Shown: piece by piece, positions 15,118 through 33,845 of the stretch
Position numbering within the stretch: position 1 is the first letter of the stretch
Layout of the letters: each line of letters opens with the position of its first letter
Assembly (NCBI GenBank): GCA_009914755.4
Contig: CP068257.2
Coordinates: forward strand, 37,696,001-37,760,000
Direction of reading: 5' to 3'
From: the human T2T-CHM13v2.0 reference genome, Homo sapiens
DNA: 64,000 nt
Made by a program: the position numbers and the translations under genes
The notes under the pieces: model-generated
The model's database searches: none
What the model was told of the DNA's origin: nothing
The model's input: the letters and a program-made list of their open reading frames with translations, nothing else

Positions 15118-15388
15118 ATCAGCTAGGTGCAGTGGCTCAAGCCTGTATTTGCAGCGCATTGGGAGAGCAAGGCAGGAGGAGGACTGCTTGAGGTCAGGAT
15201 TTGGAGACCAACCTGGGCAACATAGCAAGAGCCCATCTACACAAAAAATTAAAAACAAAACAAAAAATGTATCCAGGCTGGTGACCTGCACCTGCAGTGC
15301 CAGCTACTCGGGAGGCTGAGACAGGAGGATCACTTGAGCCTGGGAGGTCGAGGCTGCGGTGAGCTATGATGGTGCCACTGTACTGGGG
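15118..15388 (+). mobile_element. Alu SINE (AluJ-like), sense
   Basis: Diverged; ...gtgcagtggctcaagcctgta...cactgtactgg. Confidence 0.8.
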
Positions 15389-16140
15389 ATCATTCATATG
15401 TAGATTGTGTCAGCTTGAAAACAAAAGTTCATTCTTATGCTTCAAAGGAAGAGATTGTATTGAAGAAACTGCAAGTTGTGGCCAAAGTTAAGGAAACCAA
15501 CCAGGTGCAATTGAAGCTCCCAGGGATGAGCAGCTGTGGAAAGCCATGACCACCCTAGGCCTGATGGAGCCAGGGAGAACACCTGTGCCCTGAGAGCTGG
15601 GTCACTAGGTCACTGGCTGAGGAGGTCCACTGGGAGCCACAGCCGTGCAGCCACTGCCGGCACAGCTCTAGCAGGGGAGAGATACTCCAGGCTCTCTTTT
15701 GCCCTGCTGGTGTCTCCTGTTGGGAGAATCTGGCTGGAGCTCAGCTGCAGGAAGACCCTAGTGCAGCAGTCTGTTGGATTCAGACTGTTGGAACATAGCA
15801 CAGAGCAAAGGACGGAGTGTGATCAGGGAAGGGGTTGGAAGCATCTTTTCTCAAAATTTTCTCACTCAATACAGAATTGTTTCAAACGTTCATTCCTGTT
15901 GAGCATGGCTGTGATTCATTCATTTTTAAGTAGTTTAATATGCCACTGGGTACAAAGACCACAATGTATTAATCCATTCTCTTGTGGTTGGATGTCTGGG
16001 TTGTTTCTAGCTTTTTGGGTTTTTTTTGTTTTTTTTTTTTAGTTTTTACAATTATGAAAATGAATACTGTATGAAGGTTTCTGAGATAACGGAAAGAGGC
16101 CTTTGCCCACAACCAAGAGTGCCATCAAAGGTGGGAGAGA

Positions 16141-16475
16141 TGGGCATATGGTATATGCCTGCAACCCCAGCATTTTGGGAGGCTGAGGCAGCAGGATCAT
16201 TTGAGGCCAAGAGTTTGAGGTCAGCCTAGGTAGCCTACCAAAACTCTGTTTCTACAAAAACATTTTAAAACTTAGCCGGGCATGGTAACATGCGCCTCTA
16301 ATCCCAGTCTCCTTGGGAGACTGAGGCAGGAGGATGACTTGAGGCTAGGAGTTCAAGGCTGCAGTGAGCTATGATCGCGCCACTGCACTCCGGCCTTTGC
16401 TACAGAGCAAGAGCCTGTCTCTTAATAAATAAATAAATGAATGAATAAATAAATAAATAAATAAAATTAAATAAA
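16141..16475 (+). mobile_element. Alu SINE (AluJ-like), sense, with (AAAT)n tail
   Basis: Diverged Alu body; tail aataaataaataaatgaatgaataaataaataaataaa. Confidence 0.8.
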
Positions 16476-16559
16476 GTGGGAGATATCTCGTGCTTTTCCT
16501 CAGTCAGAGATGACCTAGCCACCTCACCTTGCTCTAGGTAGGATTAATTGACAAGGCAA

Positions 16560-17010
<451 letters not shown>

Positions 17011-17934
17011 TGATTTTTAAACCAAGATCGCTCCCTGGAATTTTACATACATAATATGCTCCACTTGTCACAACCTCTTGATTTATTTATAAGAAAGGCA
17101 TTCACAGTTCTTGTGGAATTCACTTGAGAATGAGAGTACAAGTTTTTATTTTCATGTTTTTTTTCCAAGGAGTCCCCAAAGCATTAAAGATATAGTGAAT
17201 GGAAAGGAGGTCTTGGGCCTAGGAAGCAGAAGTTGATGATGCCAATTTTATCAGTCCCCAATTGAGAGACATTTGACTATTTTCAATTTCCATCATTACA
17301 AACAATTCTGCCATTAACATCTTTGTCTGTGTCTCCTTGAACTCTTGTACTTCTTTAGGGTAAACACTGAAGAATGGCATTGCCAGGACATAGGAAATAC
17401 CACATTTAATTTAATAGGTACTGCCAAATTTCCCTGTCGATTCTGAAAACTTCTGGAATGCTTAGATCAAGATCTCAATGTCTCAGTCACTGTCTAGGGC
17501 CCAGAAGATCTAAAAACATGTTTGGATAGGTGTTCCTAAAATACGTCATTTAGGTTATGTCTCTCCCAGGCCTGCTCGAGTTACTGGTACACAGATCTTT
17601 AATTCACTCAACAAGTGTTTATTGAATGTCTATTATGTGCTAGGGCTGTTCCAAGCTCTGAGGATGAAGAAGTGGGAAGAGGAGACAAGTCCCTCCAATC
17701 TAGTCGGGAAGGTGTATTCTCACTGTTTCACCTCAGGCTGTTCTCAAGTGTGTCTGATCCATAATAGGAACACAGTGTTCATGCATTCATGCTGGTCTTG
17801 CTTGGAAAAAGATCATCTTTCTTGGTTTTTTGGCTATAACAAATAGTTTGTATTAATAGTAGCCAAATTTTTAACTTTCCATCAAAATATGCCATGTCCA
17901 ATTTTGTCCATAATTATGTTAACTCAGGAGCTCA

Positions 17935-20247
<2,313 letters not shown>

Positions 20248-21082
20248 CCAGAGCTTTTTGTCGGTTAAAAAAAAGGGAATTTCTTGGAGGGATTTAGGAA
20301 AGAGTAAAGGAGAGAGAGTGAGCATATGACAGCAAGGGATTGCAACAGATTCTTGTCTAGTGGCCTCCATCTCCTTGAATGCCTCCCAATTCATCCTTTA
20401 CAACATTTTTTTGGCAACTTGAAGATCTTTTCCTAGAACCTTTAATCCAAAAGGAGTTGCTACTCAGCCGACAGTGAGATGTCCATATTCAAATGCAGAG
20501 GCCACATTGCGGTTTAATTACAAACTTTTTTTGTGACATACTGTTCCCCTTGCCTGCAAAGGCATGGATTGTCAAGAGTTGACTGAAAAATGTTTTTTAG
20601 AAACCTTGCAAATTATCAGCAGATTAGTGATGTAACAGAGTACCCCCATTTTTCTGATAAAGAACATGAGTTATTTTTAAAATGTTATTTTCTTTTCTCT
20701 TTCCTCCTTTTCCCCTGTTCCCCACTTCCTACTTATGTCTTTAGGAATGCAGTTATAACCTTGACCTTCCCTTCACCAGACACTCCCTACAGGGCGAGCT
20801 TATCTAACTGTGTGCTTACTTAGAAGCTCCAGAGCAGGAACTTTCTCCCACTGGGAGATTGCCTTGAGAGACAACAGTCAATTTACAACGTAACATGTGC
20901 CTGCAACAGAACCGTCTCCCACCTGGAGAGCATCTCGAGACAATGGCTACTTTACAACCTAGCTCTGCCCAATGGCGCCAGCTAGACCACCCGGTAGATA
21001 AGACACTGAAATGAGTCACGTAGTACCCGCACCTGCTTTCTCCCTTCCCTGCCTGCCATTCATGCCAAGTACCCCACATTTG

Positions 21083-21226
21083 TTTTGTTTTGTTTTGTTT
21101 TTATTTGTTTTTTGAGATGAAGTCTCACTCTGTCGCCCAGGCTGGGGTGCAAAGGTGCGATCTTGGCTCACTACAGCCTCTGCCTCCCGGGTTCAAGCGA
21201 TTCTCCTGCCTCAGCCTCCCCGAGCT
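21083..21226 (-). mobile_element. Partial Alu (right arm), antisense
   Basis: T-rich head, gtcgcccaggctggggtgcaaaggtgcgatc... Confidence 0.7.
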
Positions 21227-21325
21227 TCTGGAGATGGATAGTGGTGATGGTTGTACAAAATGTAAATGTACTTAATGCCAATTAACTGCACACTTGAAAA
21301 TGGCTAAAATGGTACTTTTAAAACT

Positions 21326-21686
<361 letters not shown>

Positions 21687-21693
21687 TAGATAT

Positions 21694-21782
21694 GGGGGGA
21701 TCTCACCATGTTGTTCAGGCTATTCTCAAACTCTTGGGCTCAAGCAATCCTCTCGCCTTGGCCTCCAAAAATATTGGGATTT
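21694..21782 (-). mobile_element. Partial Alu (left monomer), antisense
   Basis: ctcaccatgttgttcaggctattctcaaactc... Confidence 0.6.
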
Positions 21783-21900
21783 ATATTTATATTTCTTTTG
21801 TGAATTATCTTTTCATATCATTTGCTAATATTTCTATTGGTTTTTTTCATATTGATGGTCATATTTCTATTGGATTTTTTCTTTTTCATATTGACGATAG

Positions 21901-22240
<340 letters not shown>

Positions 22241-22321
22241 CTAGCCCTTTGTTATGTGTGTCACAAAAATTTTCTCCCAATCTAACATTTCTCAGGTATT
22301 TGTTTACATAAGATCATATCA

Positions 22322-22467
22322 AGCCAGGTGAGCACCATTAGTCCTAGCTACTGGGGATGAAAGAGGCTGAGGCTCCTTAAGCCCAGGAATTGGAGACTGT
22401 ATTGAGCTATATGATTGCCCCACTGTACTCCAGCCTGGGTGACAGAGTAAGACCCCATTCTCTAAAA
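22322..22467 (+). mobile_element. Partial Alu (right monomer / FRAM-like), sense
   Basis: ...gtcctagctactggggatga...cactgtactccagcctgggtgacagagtaagacc. Confidence 0.6.
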
Positions 22468-22683
22468 TAGAAACAAACCATATAAAAGTTTAAATTGTTA
22501 TGAGGTCAAATACTCCTACCTTTTCTTTATGGCTTCTGAATTTATTATCTGGCAGAGGAAAGAAGGCCTTCTTCAATTCATAATCATAAAACTATTCTCC
22601 TATACTTTCCTCTGGTGCTTTTAGAGTTTTTCTACATTTGGATTGTTAAATCTGTCTGGAATTTATTTCTATGTGTGGTGTGA

Positions 22684-23159
<476 letters not shown>

Positions 23160-23164
23160 TGATT

Positions 23165-23624
23165 GGTATTGCATTACATCTTACACAGAAAAAAACGGAC
23201 ACCCTCAAATCGTTACTCCTTTCCCAATAGCAGAGTCATGGAATCAACCTAAGTGCCCATCAGCAGATGTCTGGATAAAGAAAATGTGGTACACATACAT
23301 TGTGGAATATTGCACAGCCATAAAAAAGGATGAAATCATGTCTTTTGCAGCAACGTGGATGAAGCTGGTGTCCATTATCCTAAGTGAAATAACTCAGAAA
23401 CAGAAAATCAAATAATTCGTGTTCTCACTTATAAGTGGGAGCCAAACTTGGGTACATATGGACACTGGGGACACCAAAAGAGGGGAGGGCACAACAGGTA
23501 TAACATCCACTGTTCTGGTGATGGGCACACACTAGAAGCCTAAACCTCACCATTACCCAGTACATTCCTGTAACAAATCTGCACATGTACTCCCTGAATT
23601 TACAAAGATTAAAAAAATATATAG
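23165..23624 (+). mobile_element. L1 3'-terminal fragment (primate L1P-like)
   Basis: ...aaggatgaaatcatgtcttttgcagcaacgtggatgaagctggtgtccattatcctaagtgaaataactcagaaacag...ttctcacttataagtgggagc... matches the L1 ORF2 end/3'UTR. Confidence 0.7.
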
Positions 23625-23940
<316 letters not shown>

Positions 23941-23943
23941 TAA

Positions 23944-24343
<400 letters not shown>

Positions 24344-25426
24344 CAAAAACGCTCATTTTTGATACCAACCAAGAACCACAATGAGACCTGAAAATGTGCG
24401 AGAGCAGCGCACCCGTCCACCAAAGCACCTAGGCTCTGCCCATCCCGGTATCTAGGAGACTGCTTTATTCATATTAGCTCAATTAAGTTCGTTGAATTTA
24501 ATATTTCATTCATATTGTCTTTAAAAATAGATGAAATAAGGAGAACTGAAGCAGAAAGTGAGAAATCATGTGATGACCTTTAAGACTGTCTTAAATATAT
24601 TTCTTTTGAAAATCTAAATGGGCACTGGTGGAAATGACAATCTTGCACGTTTTAATATGCAACCACATCCTTACATAAAAACAGCCAAGCATGCAAGACT
24701 CCCAATCTTTCTTCTCTATGAATCATGCATAACAGATTAGTGTATTTTAAAATTCTCATACATAACTTCAATGTATTATTAGTATTTGTACATTTTTTAA
24801 ATTAGAATTTTCTAAGGAGTAACAACATTAAGTGCTTTTCAGAGATAACATTTGTAGTATAAAATTATATATAACTTTTTAATATAATTTGCAGTTATGG
24901 ATTAAATCTAAAACACAAAAGTAATCTTTCTTTACACTTAAGGATGTAAGGAAACACTGAGGGACTTAACAAAAGCCACTCTCTAACAAGACAGCACAGC
25001 CAGATTTTATGAGTACGAGTTACCCATTATAATGCTCAGCTTAAGGTTAAATTAAGTGTAGTTTCAAAGGCTTTCCTCAACACTATATATTGCTGTGAGG
25101 TGGTGGGAGGCGGGCAGGAATCTGCCAGGAATCTAGTAATTGTAGGTTCTGAAAATCACTCAAGAAAGAAAGCAGACGTTTATGGTGCACTAACTGCCAG
25201 GCCCCGCATCATCCACTCTGACCCTCTGGGTAAAGTATTATCGTCTCTTCAGTTAAGCCCATTACCTATATCCTTAGCCCCTTCTGTTGTCAGGTTACCT
25301 TCATTTGCAACCGAGAGGTGGTGGAATGGAGCTACAGATGATGGTCCCTTGCCCTGATGCCGATCCGCGTTCACCCCAGCGAGTGTCTCGTATCTTCGTG
25401 CCGTTTCTCTTCAATTCCATCACTAA

Positions 25427-25853
<427 letters not shown>

Positions 25854-25894
25854 CTAATACGTAATTCTAAAGTGGAACTAGCCATGATGGAGAT

Positions 25895-25946
<52 letters not shown>

Positions 25947-25950
25947 TAAT
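25895..25950. repeat. (TA)n microsatellite
   Basis: Direct read of (at)~25. Confidence 0.9.
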
Positions 25951-26242
25951 TTTTTTTTTCCCCTGAGACGGGGTCTAACTCTGTCGCCCATGCTGGAGTG
26001 CAGTGGTGCGGTTCAGTGCAACCTCTGCCTCCCAAGTTCCAGTGATTCTCCTGCCTCAGCCTCCGGAGTAGCTGGGATTACAGGCACCCGCCACCAGGCC
26101 CGGCTAATTTTTTTGTATTTTTAGTAGAGACAGGGTTTCACCATGTTGGCCAGGCTGGTTTCCAACTCCTGAGCCCAAGTGATCCACTTGCCTTGGCCTC
26201 CCAAAGTGCTAGGATTACAGGCATGAGCCACTGTGCCCTGCC
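25950..26242 (-). mobile_element. Alu SINE, antisense
   Basis: Consensus. Confidence 0.85.
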
Positions 26243-26518
26243 GATTTTTTTTTTCTTAATAGCAGCTTCTTTTAAAATTGAATTTGTATCCAATCCTGAG
26301 AAAATGTCCAATACTACAAAGGTAAATGAGCTTTTACTCCTAAATATTTGTTCTTATGCATTTTGTTCCTTTTCAGTTTTGTATTTGTAGATATTATTTT
26401 AAAAATATCCACTCTTATTTGCTTCCAAAAACGTTGATGGCTACTGGGACTGGTTGCCTGGTACAGGGGCTTCGGTATACTGTACTGTTGGCATGAGCAG
26501 TATTATCCCAAATAGAGT

Positions 26519-26813
26519 AATTTTTTTTTTTCTGACAGTCTCGCTCTGTCGCCCAAGCTGGAGTGCAATGGCGCTATCTCGGCTCACCGCAACCTCCGCC
26601 TCCTGGGTTCACGCCATTCTCCTGCCTCAGCCTCCCAAGGAGCTGGGACGGCAGGCGCCCACCAGCACGCCCGGCTAATTTCTTTTTGTATTTTTAGTAG
26701 AGACGGGGGTTTCACCGTGTTAGCCAGGATGGTCTCAATCTCCTAACCTCGTGATCCGCCCGCCTCGGCCTCCCAAAGTGCTGGGATTACAGGCGTGAGC
26801 CACTGCGCCCAGC
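26519..26813 (-). mobile_element. Alu SINE (AluY-like), antisense
   Basis: Consensus incl. cctaacctcgtgatccgcccgcc. Confidence 0.9.
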
Positions 26814-26973
26814 CCTTAATAATTATAAAAAAAAGTGTAATGGCCAAATTATGGTTTTGCCACACGATGAACTATTAAGCAAGTATTAAAACATTTTACA
26901 GTTAAGGAAAAACCCAAACATATGAAGAAAATTCACCCTAAAATAATTGCTTTTAGCTTCTGGGATTAAATGG

Positions 26974-27271
26974 TTTTTTTGTTTGTTTTTTGAGGCAGAG
27001 TCTTGCTCTTTCGCCCAGGCTGGAGTGCAGTGGCAGATCTTGGGTCACTGCAACCTCTGCCTCCTGGGTTCAAGTGATTCTCCAGTTTCAGCCTCCCAAG
27101 TAGCTGATACTACAGGCGCCCACCACAGACTAATTTTTGTATTTTAGTAGAGACGGGGTTTTGCCTTGTCGGCTTGGCTGGTCTCAAACTCCTGACCTCA
27201 AGCTCAAGTGATCTGCCCACCTTGGCCTCCCAAAATGCTGGGATTTCAGGCATGAGGCACCATGCAGGGCC
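26974..27271 (-). mobile_element. Alu SINE, antisense
   Basis: Consensus. TSD taaatggttt. Confidence 0.85.
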
Positions 27272-28264
27272 CCTAAATGGTTTCTTACTTTATACTCTTT
27301 GAGGTTTTAAAAAATGTAATCCTAGCTTTCACGATCTTGAAATAAAAACAATTGTTACCAATTGATGAGCTGCTTCCCATCATCTTTTTAAACCTAATGT
27401 TTAGAAATTCTCAATTCTAATTCTCAAAATTACTTGGTGTTTCAACCAAGTATTTCTATTGCAAACTCATGGAACAAATGGAGATTGTGATAAGCAGATA
27501 CATCTTTAGGTCTATCTGTGTGGGTTAGCAGAGATTAGTTTTTAGTTTGACAATTCTTGTTTTAATGCGAAAAAGTCTAAATGTCTGACAAATTATATAT
27601 TCTTGAAATAAAATACTACACAGTGCTTACAAACGCTGTGTAAGTGTATTCACTGAAATGGGAGAAAGGTCACAGTATGATAAAGACTACAAAATAGGAT
27701 GTACAAGCATAGAATAGGATCTGAGAAAAATGCATCTTTAAATAGCTACTTAAATAGCTGTTTAAGTGAATTATGGGTGATTTTAGCTTGCCTGCAGTTC
27801 CTGAGTTTTTTTTCCAATGTGTATTAATTTCTCCCCTATGATGACACACATATTTCTCATCCCTGCATCTGTCCATCTCCCCAACCTCATCCCTAACCCC
27901 ACAAGACTTTTATACACATTTCCCAAACTGCTACAACAGAACAGAACTTCCCCCTGGGGCCTCCATGATTACCATGAATCCAAGTACTAAGTACCAAGAT
28001 CTGTGCCTTAAATCCTGATTAACCCACATTTGACGCACGTCAAGCTCAATCTCTGAGAAGTCAAGAGAATGCAGGGTTCTTGTTCACTAGTTTTTCTAAT
28101 CAACAAATTGCTGTCTGATAAGAAGTTCTCTTCCTTATACTTTTAGATGTCTGATATTGGTACAGCCAGTCAACCATTCTCATCACTCAAAAGTACTGTC
28201 GACTCTGTTTAAACGGCAAGATATTAACTTTCTGTACTGATCCCAGAAAACATGCCTCAAAGTG

Positions 28265-28535
28265 GCTTTTGAGACAAGATCTTTGTACCCCAGGCTGCAG
28301 TGCCATGACACAATCATAGCTCACTGCAGCCTTGAAATCCTGGGCTTGTGATCCTCCTTCTTCAGCCTCCTGAGTAGCTGGGACTACAGATATGCACCAC
28401 TATGCTTGGCTAATTTTTAAAATTTTTTGTAGAGACTGGGTCTCGCTGTTGCTCAGGCTGATTCTGAACTCAGGCTCAAGCAATCCTCCTACCTTGGCCT
28501 CCCACAGCACTGGTGTGACTGCCACATCCAGCCCC
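28265..28535 (-). mobile_element. Alu SINE (AluJ-like), antisense
   Basis: Diverged. TSD caa(a/g)gtggctt. Confidence 0.75.
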
Positions 28536-28610
28536 CAAGGTGGCTTAGTTAAAAAAAATTTTTTTTTTCCTTTGACAGTTGAAGTCAGTTTATCATAAAA
28601 ATATGTGTCC

Positions 28611-28910
28611 TGGCCAAGGCGTGGTGGCTCACGCCGGTAATCCCAGCACTTTGGGAGGCCGAGGCGGGCGGATCATGAGGTCAGGAGTTCGAGACCAGCC
28701 TGGCCAACATGGTGAAACCCAGTGTCTAATAAAAATACAAAAAAATTAGCCGGGTGTGGTGGCTCACGCCTGTAATCTTAGCTATTCAGGAGGCTGAGGC
28801 AAGAGAATTGCTTGAACCTAGGCGGCAAAGGTTGCAGTTAGCTGAGATCGCACCACTGCACTCCAGCCTGGGCGACAGAGTGAGACTCCGTCTCAGAAAC
28901 AACAACAAAA
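28611..28910 (+). mobile_element. Alu SINE, sense
   Basis: Consensus, (AAC)n-like tail. Confidence 0.9.
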
Positions 28911-29826
28911 GGTGTTCCTTCCTGTGGGTAGGATTTAAAAGAAAAAAAAAAAGGAAAATGGGCAGCCTTAGGGCTAGCAAACACCCAAGTAATCGGTCAG
29001 ATTTAACAAGGCAAGGCTCGCTCCAAAAAAACTGTAGAAAAGCCTAACGGAGTAGTTCAAGGCAGGATCTTAAAGTACTTCTGTTATGCTTTTCTACAAT
29101 GTTTTTGGTATTCTATAAGCCAAAACCCTTTACCTGTTTTAATTTGTAAGAAAAACTAGTGATTTCTTTAAATATATCATTACAACGAGTATTCAACGAT
29201 TAAGAAAATCTGTGATTTGAAAACATCTATTACCACCGTCCGGGGTGGGAAGGTTGGGGATGACAACTAACTAAACACTGGCAGATGGTTCTATGGTTAA
29301 AAGGCTTATCAAAAACTCATCTATTCTACCTATACTTCAGAGTTAAAGGCAAATCTGTTCATCACCGTTTCAGGCCTCCATCGTGTAATGACCAACAGCG
29401 CTCAGGTGGCTCCTAGTCCTTCCCCATCCCCCAAGGGTTATCAAAGCTTCTTTGCCGTCAGTTCATGACACATCACTATCCTCTGCATTTGCTTTTACTG
29501 TATCCTCACTATTCCCTATAAACTCTGCTCTGGCAGTCCGTGCAGAGATCTATGATCCCATAGGGCTTGTTTTTAAAGGATTCTTGCCTACTGATCAGCC
29601 CACAGGCAAAACAACACACCAAGTGTACAGAGGTTTAAATTCTGTTCCAAGGATCCCTATTTAGTGATAACCTCAACAAGGTCTGTTCTCCGGCCGTTTT
29701 CACTGTTGCCAAGTCAAGAGTTGCCCCACACCACCTCTGAAGACTATACTTAAGAGGGCAAAATGACAACAGAATGTATATGAAAGCAAATCTGGAAAAT
29801 ACATACCATACTAGATTTAGTTGTAG

Positions 29827-30108
<282 letters not shown>

Positions 30109-30541
30109 TATCTGTACTTTTTTTAACCTCATACGAAGAGTTAAGAATTACGTATTTGCTTTGATTCAAAGGATATTGGATTGTTTTTCCCTTAAACCAA
30201 TATAGTCAAGCAACTTCAAAGGACATAGATACTCAAGCAGTTATGTCTCAGGTATCAACCAACAATGAACCACATAATGGTCCCATATTATATACTGTAC
30301 CTTCTCTTTAGATACACAAGTACTTACCATTCTATTACAACTCCCTATAGTATTTACATAATAACATGCTGTACAGGTCTGTTGCCTAGGAGCAATAGGT
30401 TAAACCATACAGCCTACATAGGTAATAGGCTATGCCACTGAGGTTTGTGTAAGCACTCTGTATGATGTTCACGCAAGAAAACTGCCTAACAATGTGTTTC
30501 TTAGACTGTATCCAGTCAGTGGTGACCCATGACTGTATTAA

Positions 30542-30826
<285 letters not shown>

Positions 30827-30864
30827 TAAATAAAATTTAAACCAGAATTTAATCCATGTGCTTC

Positions 30865-31669
30865 AAAATATTTTCATAACTGAGATTTTATTGGTTGAGG
30901 ATCAGTACAGACATTTCAATTTGTACACAAATCTTAACATACGTAACGAAATTCTAAAAAGCCATGTATTGTAATTCTTTTTTAAAGTTATTCCAGTGAC
31001 TTTCCAGCTTAAAATTTGGAAGCAAATTTTCCTTAAGAGGCTATCAAGTACCAGTATCTTCACGTTGGTCAGCTGTTACATACGGCCCACCAGTTCACAA
31101 CTCAATAGCACGTACACTACATGTTCAAATCTGTAATCTTTCACAGCACAGTAACAAAGTTATTAGGAAAACAGGACTACCACAACCAAAGATGTTACAG
31201 AGTGCACACAATTCTGGCAGAGAGAGCCATGATCAAAGAGTGGTTTTCTTTAGGAAACAATTCTACTAAAAAACAACATGGTAATAGAAGTAATTTAAAA
31301 TGTTCAAGACATTAAATGCAGGACTGACTCCATATTGCCATTTAATATGCTTTGTATTATAGGATATAAAAACTAACCCCCCATCTGTGGAATGTTAAGC
31401 TGACACCCGAGACAGTCAGAGCCTCCCATAATTCAATATCCCACACTATTTTCTGGTTGTACCAAAAAATAAACAACCAGCAAATGATTTCACCTCTTAA
31501 AAAAAAGCATTTACACTTAAAAAATGGGATGAGGTGGGATTCCCTCCTTCTTAAAAATGTTTCTAGAGCTACTAAAAAACTTGCATTTACAAAATAGTTG
31601 ATAAAAATATTCCTCTGGATTGTACAAGAAGGGAGACAGGGACCACTGATAAGACATGGTATATGGTTA
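30865..31669 (-). other. HMGN1: HMGN1 3'UTR (approximate 3' boundary)
   Basis: AU-rich sequence following stop codon TAA (31672..31670, minus). The end is inferred from the AATAAA at 30892..30887 and the known ~0.8 kb 3'UTR length. Confidence 0.6.
30887..30892 (-). terminator. HMGN1: Candidate HMGN1 polyadenylation signal AATAAA
   Basis: Plus-strand tttatt at 30887-30892 reads AATAAA on the minus strand. A GU/U-rich region follows in minus sense. Confidence 0.5.
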
Positions 31670-31717
31670 TTAATCAGACTTGGCTTCTTTCTCTCCTGCT
31701 TCATCAGAGGCTGGACT
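31670..31717 (-). CDS. HMGN1: HMGN1 coding exon 6 (SPASDEAGEKEAKSD*), incl. stop
   Basis: Minus-strand acceptor cttttgcag|AGT. Translation SPASDEAGEKEAKSD then TAA. Confidence 0.93.
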   Translation of the reverse strand, partial: SPASDEAGEKEAKSD

Positions 31718-32529
31718 CTGCAAAAGAAAGGAAATTGAGATCTTTAGCATTTAACACGTTGTCATTTTATTTATATGCAACTATCAGGTCTTTAAAAAAG
31801 TCAATAGCCTTTGTTATTTGTAAAGTCACCTACCTACTCTTGTTAAAAAACTTTTGTTAACCACCCCCTCACCCCAAATCAATACTTGCAGCCCTTCCAT
31901 GGTCATGTGCATGCATCTACAGAGCAGGAAAAAATGTTGAGTTGTATCACATGTACACTCCAAGCTGAGGTCACTCTGTCTTCTTGTTTCAGCTCTAATG
32001 CCGTAAACAACTGTTTTTCCGGTCTACTTAGTGCCACATATTTTACACCTTTGTGCTTTTTACTGATGATTTTGTTGTTTAAAATGGCCCCCACGCATCT
32101 TGTTCAAGTGCTATCTAATGTTGCTCAATTCAAGGCTGTGATGTGCCACACAGAGAACGTATGTGTTGGAGGGCTTTGTTCAGGTACAAATTACAGTGCT
32201 ACTGGGTAGTGAGTTCGATGTGAATTTAACATACATTAAGGCATGTCTAAACAGAAATACACATGTAACAAAGTCACGTATTTTCAGTTGATGAAAATGT
32301 TGTGATCAGAGGTTTGTAGGAACCCAATCCTGTACTTCCCCTATGTGAAAACGGTTTCATACTTGTGGCAGCCTTATATTAATAGAACACAGCTATAAAC
32401 AAGGGAAACCAACTGTAATTTGGTAACATGTACTAGAAGGTCAAGTTCTTCCTTTAAAATCAGAACTAGATTAGCAATGTGATCTTATTATCACACAGTA
32501 TTTGATGTATGGTTAGAATTAAGTAGTAC

Positions 32530-32837
<308 letters not shown>

Positions 32838-33669
32838 GAATTAGGAAGTACAAGAAGTACAAGTTAAAAAAATAAACTGTGATTATAAATTTCTTAACTT
32901 AGGAATAAGTAGTTTATAACTTAAGAATTTGATAAATATCAAATATAAACATCAAATACTTAAGTGATATCAAAATTTAAAAATCAATATACTAAATTAC
33001 TTATCTTTTCTAGCTTAGCTAATATAACAAACATAAAATAAAGGCCTGGCTTAACTGAATCTTGCAGTTCAGTTATTTTTTAAGAAACAGCTTCCAGGCT
33101 AGAGGAGTGCAGTAGTGCTCACAACAAATCAATCAAAACCTGTTACAGACTTCTTTGTTCCTTCTCTACTCCCACTGCTTCATTAATAAAAAAAAAAAGA
33201 CATCTTTTCCTCACAGCTTAAAACAATAAAGATTCAGCCTGGCTAACAGACACTGTCTCTAAGAATAAAGATTAATGACACTAGTCTTTTTATTTACTTG
33301 ATCTATGTTATTATTTAGACCTTTAAGAAAAATACAAACAAAAACATTTTCATTAGAAATGAAAGTGGGAAAAAAATGCCAGGAAAAATGCAAGTAAGGG
33401 GAATAAATTTTCAAAAATATATTTAAAAGCAACATCCAGAATATAAAAACAAAACAAAGATTGAATTATATCTGAAATTGAGCATATTAAAATTTCTTGC
33501 TCTTAAATAAGCCATTTACGTATTTACTTTCCAATAACATAAATCATAGAAAACCATTTGTCCAATCACTTTGGGATACCGTACAAAACTTTGTTCAATA
33601 TTATAATGAATACTGTTATCTGCTACAAAAAATGTACAATTTAGTATCTACTGTTCAGAGTCAAAGCAA

Positions 33670-33670
<1 letters not shown>

Positions 33671-33709
<39 letters not shown>
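33671..33709. repeat. (CA)~19 on plus = (UG)~19 in HMGN1 pre-mRNA, starting at intron 5 position +8
   Basis: Direct read cacacaca...cacact, immediately 3' (minus sense) of the exon 5 donor GAG|gtcagaag. Confidence 0.95.
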
Positions 33710-33711
<2 letters not shown>

Positions 33712-33716
33712 CTGAC

Positions 33717-33845
33717 CTCCTCAGTCTTCGTTTCCCCGTTTTCCGCAGGTAAGTCTTCTTTAGTTTCTTGGTTAGCCACTTCGGCCTGTTTTCCCTTTGC
33801 TCCCCTTTTCCCTTTTGTTTGCACTTTTTTGTCTGAAGATTTATC
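33717..33845 (-). CDS. HMGN1: HMGN1 coding exon 5 (DKSSDKKVQTKGKRGAKGKQAEVANQETKEDLPAENGETKTEE), 129 nt
   Basis: Minus-strand acceptor cctatag|GAT and donor GAG|gtcaga. The 43-aa translation matches HMGN1. Confidence 0.93.

Noticed and set aside
15536-16042. A 168-aa plus-strand ORF in a non-Alu segment.
   Set aside because: No start-codon context, splice signals, codon bias or recognisable domain. Its 3' part overlaps an antisense L1 3'-end fragment. Most likely chance or repeat-derived.
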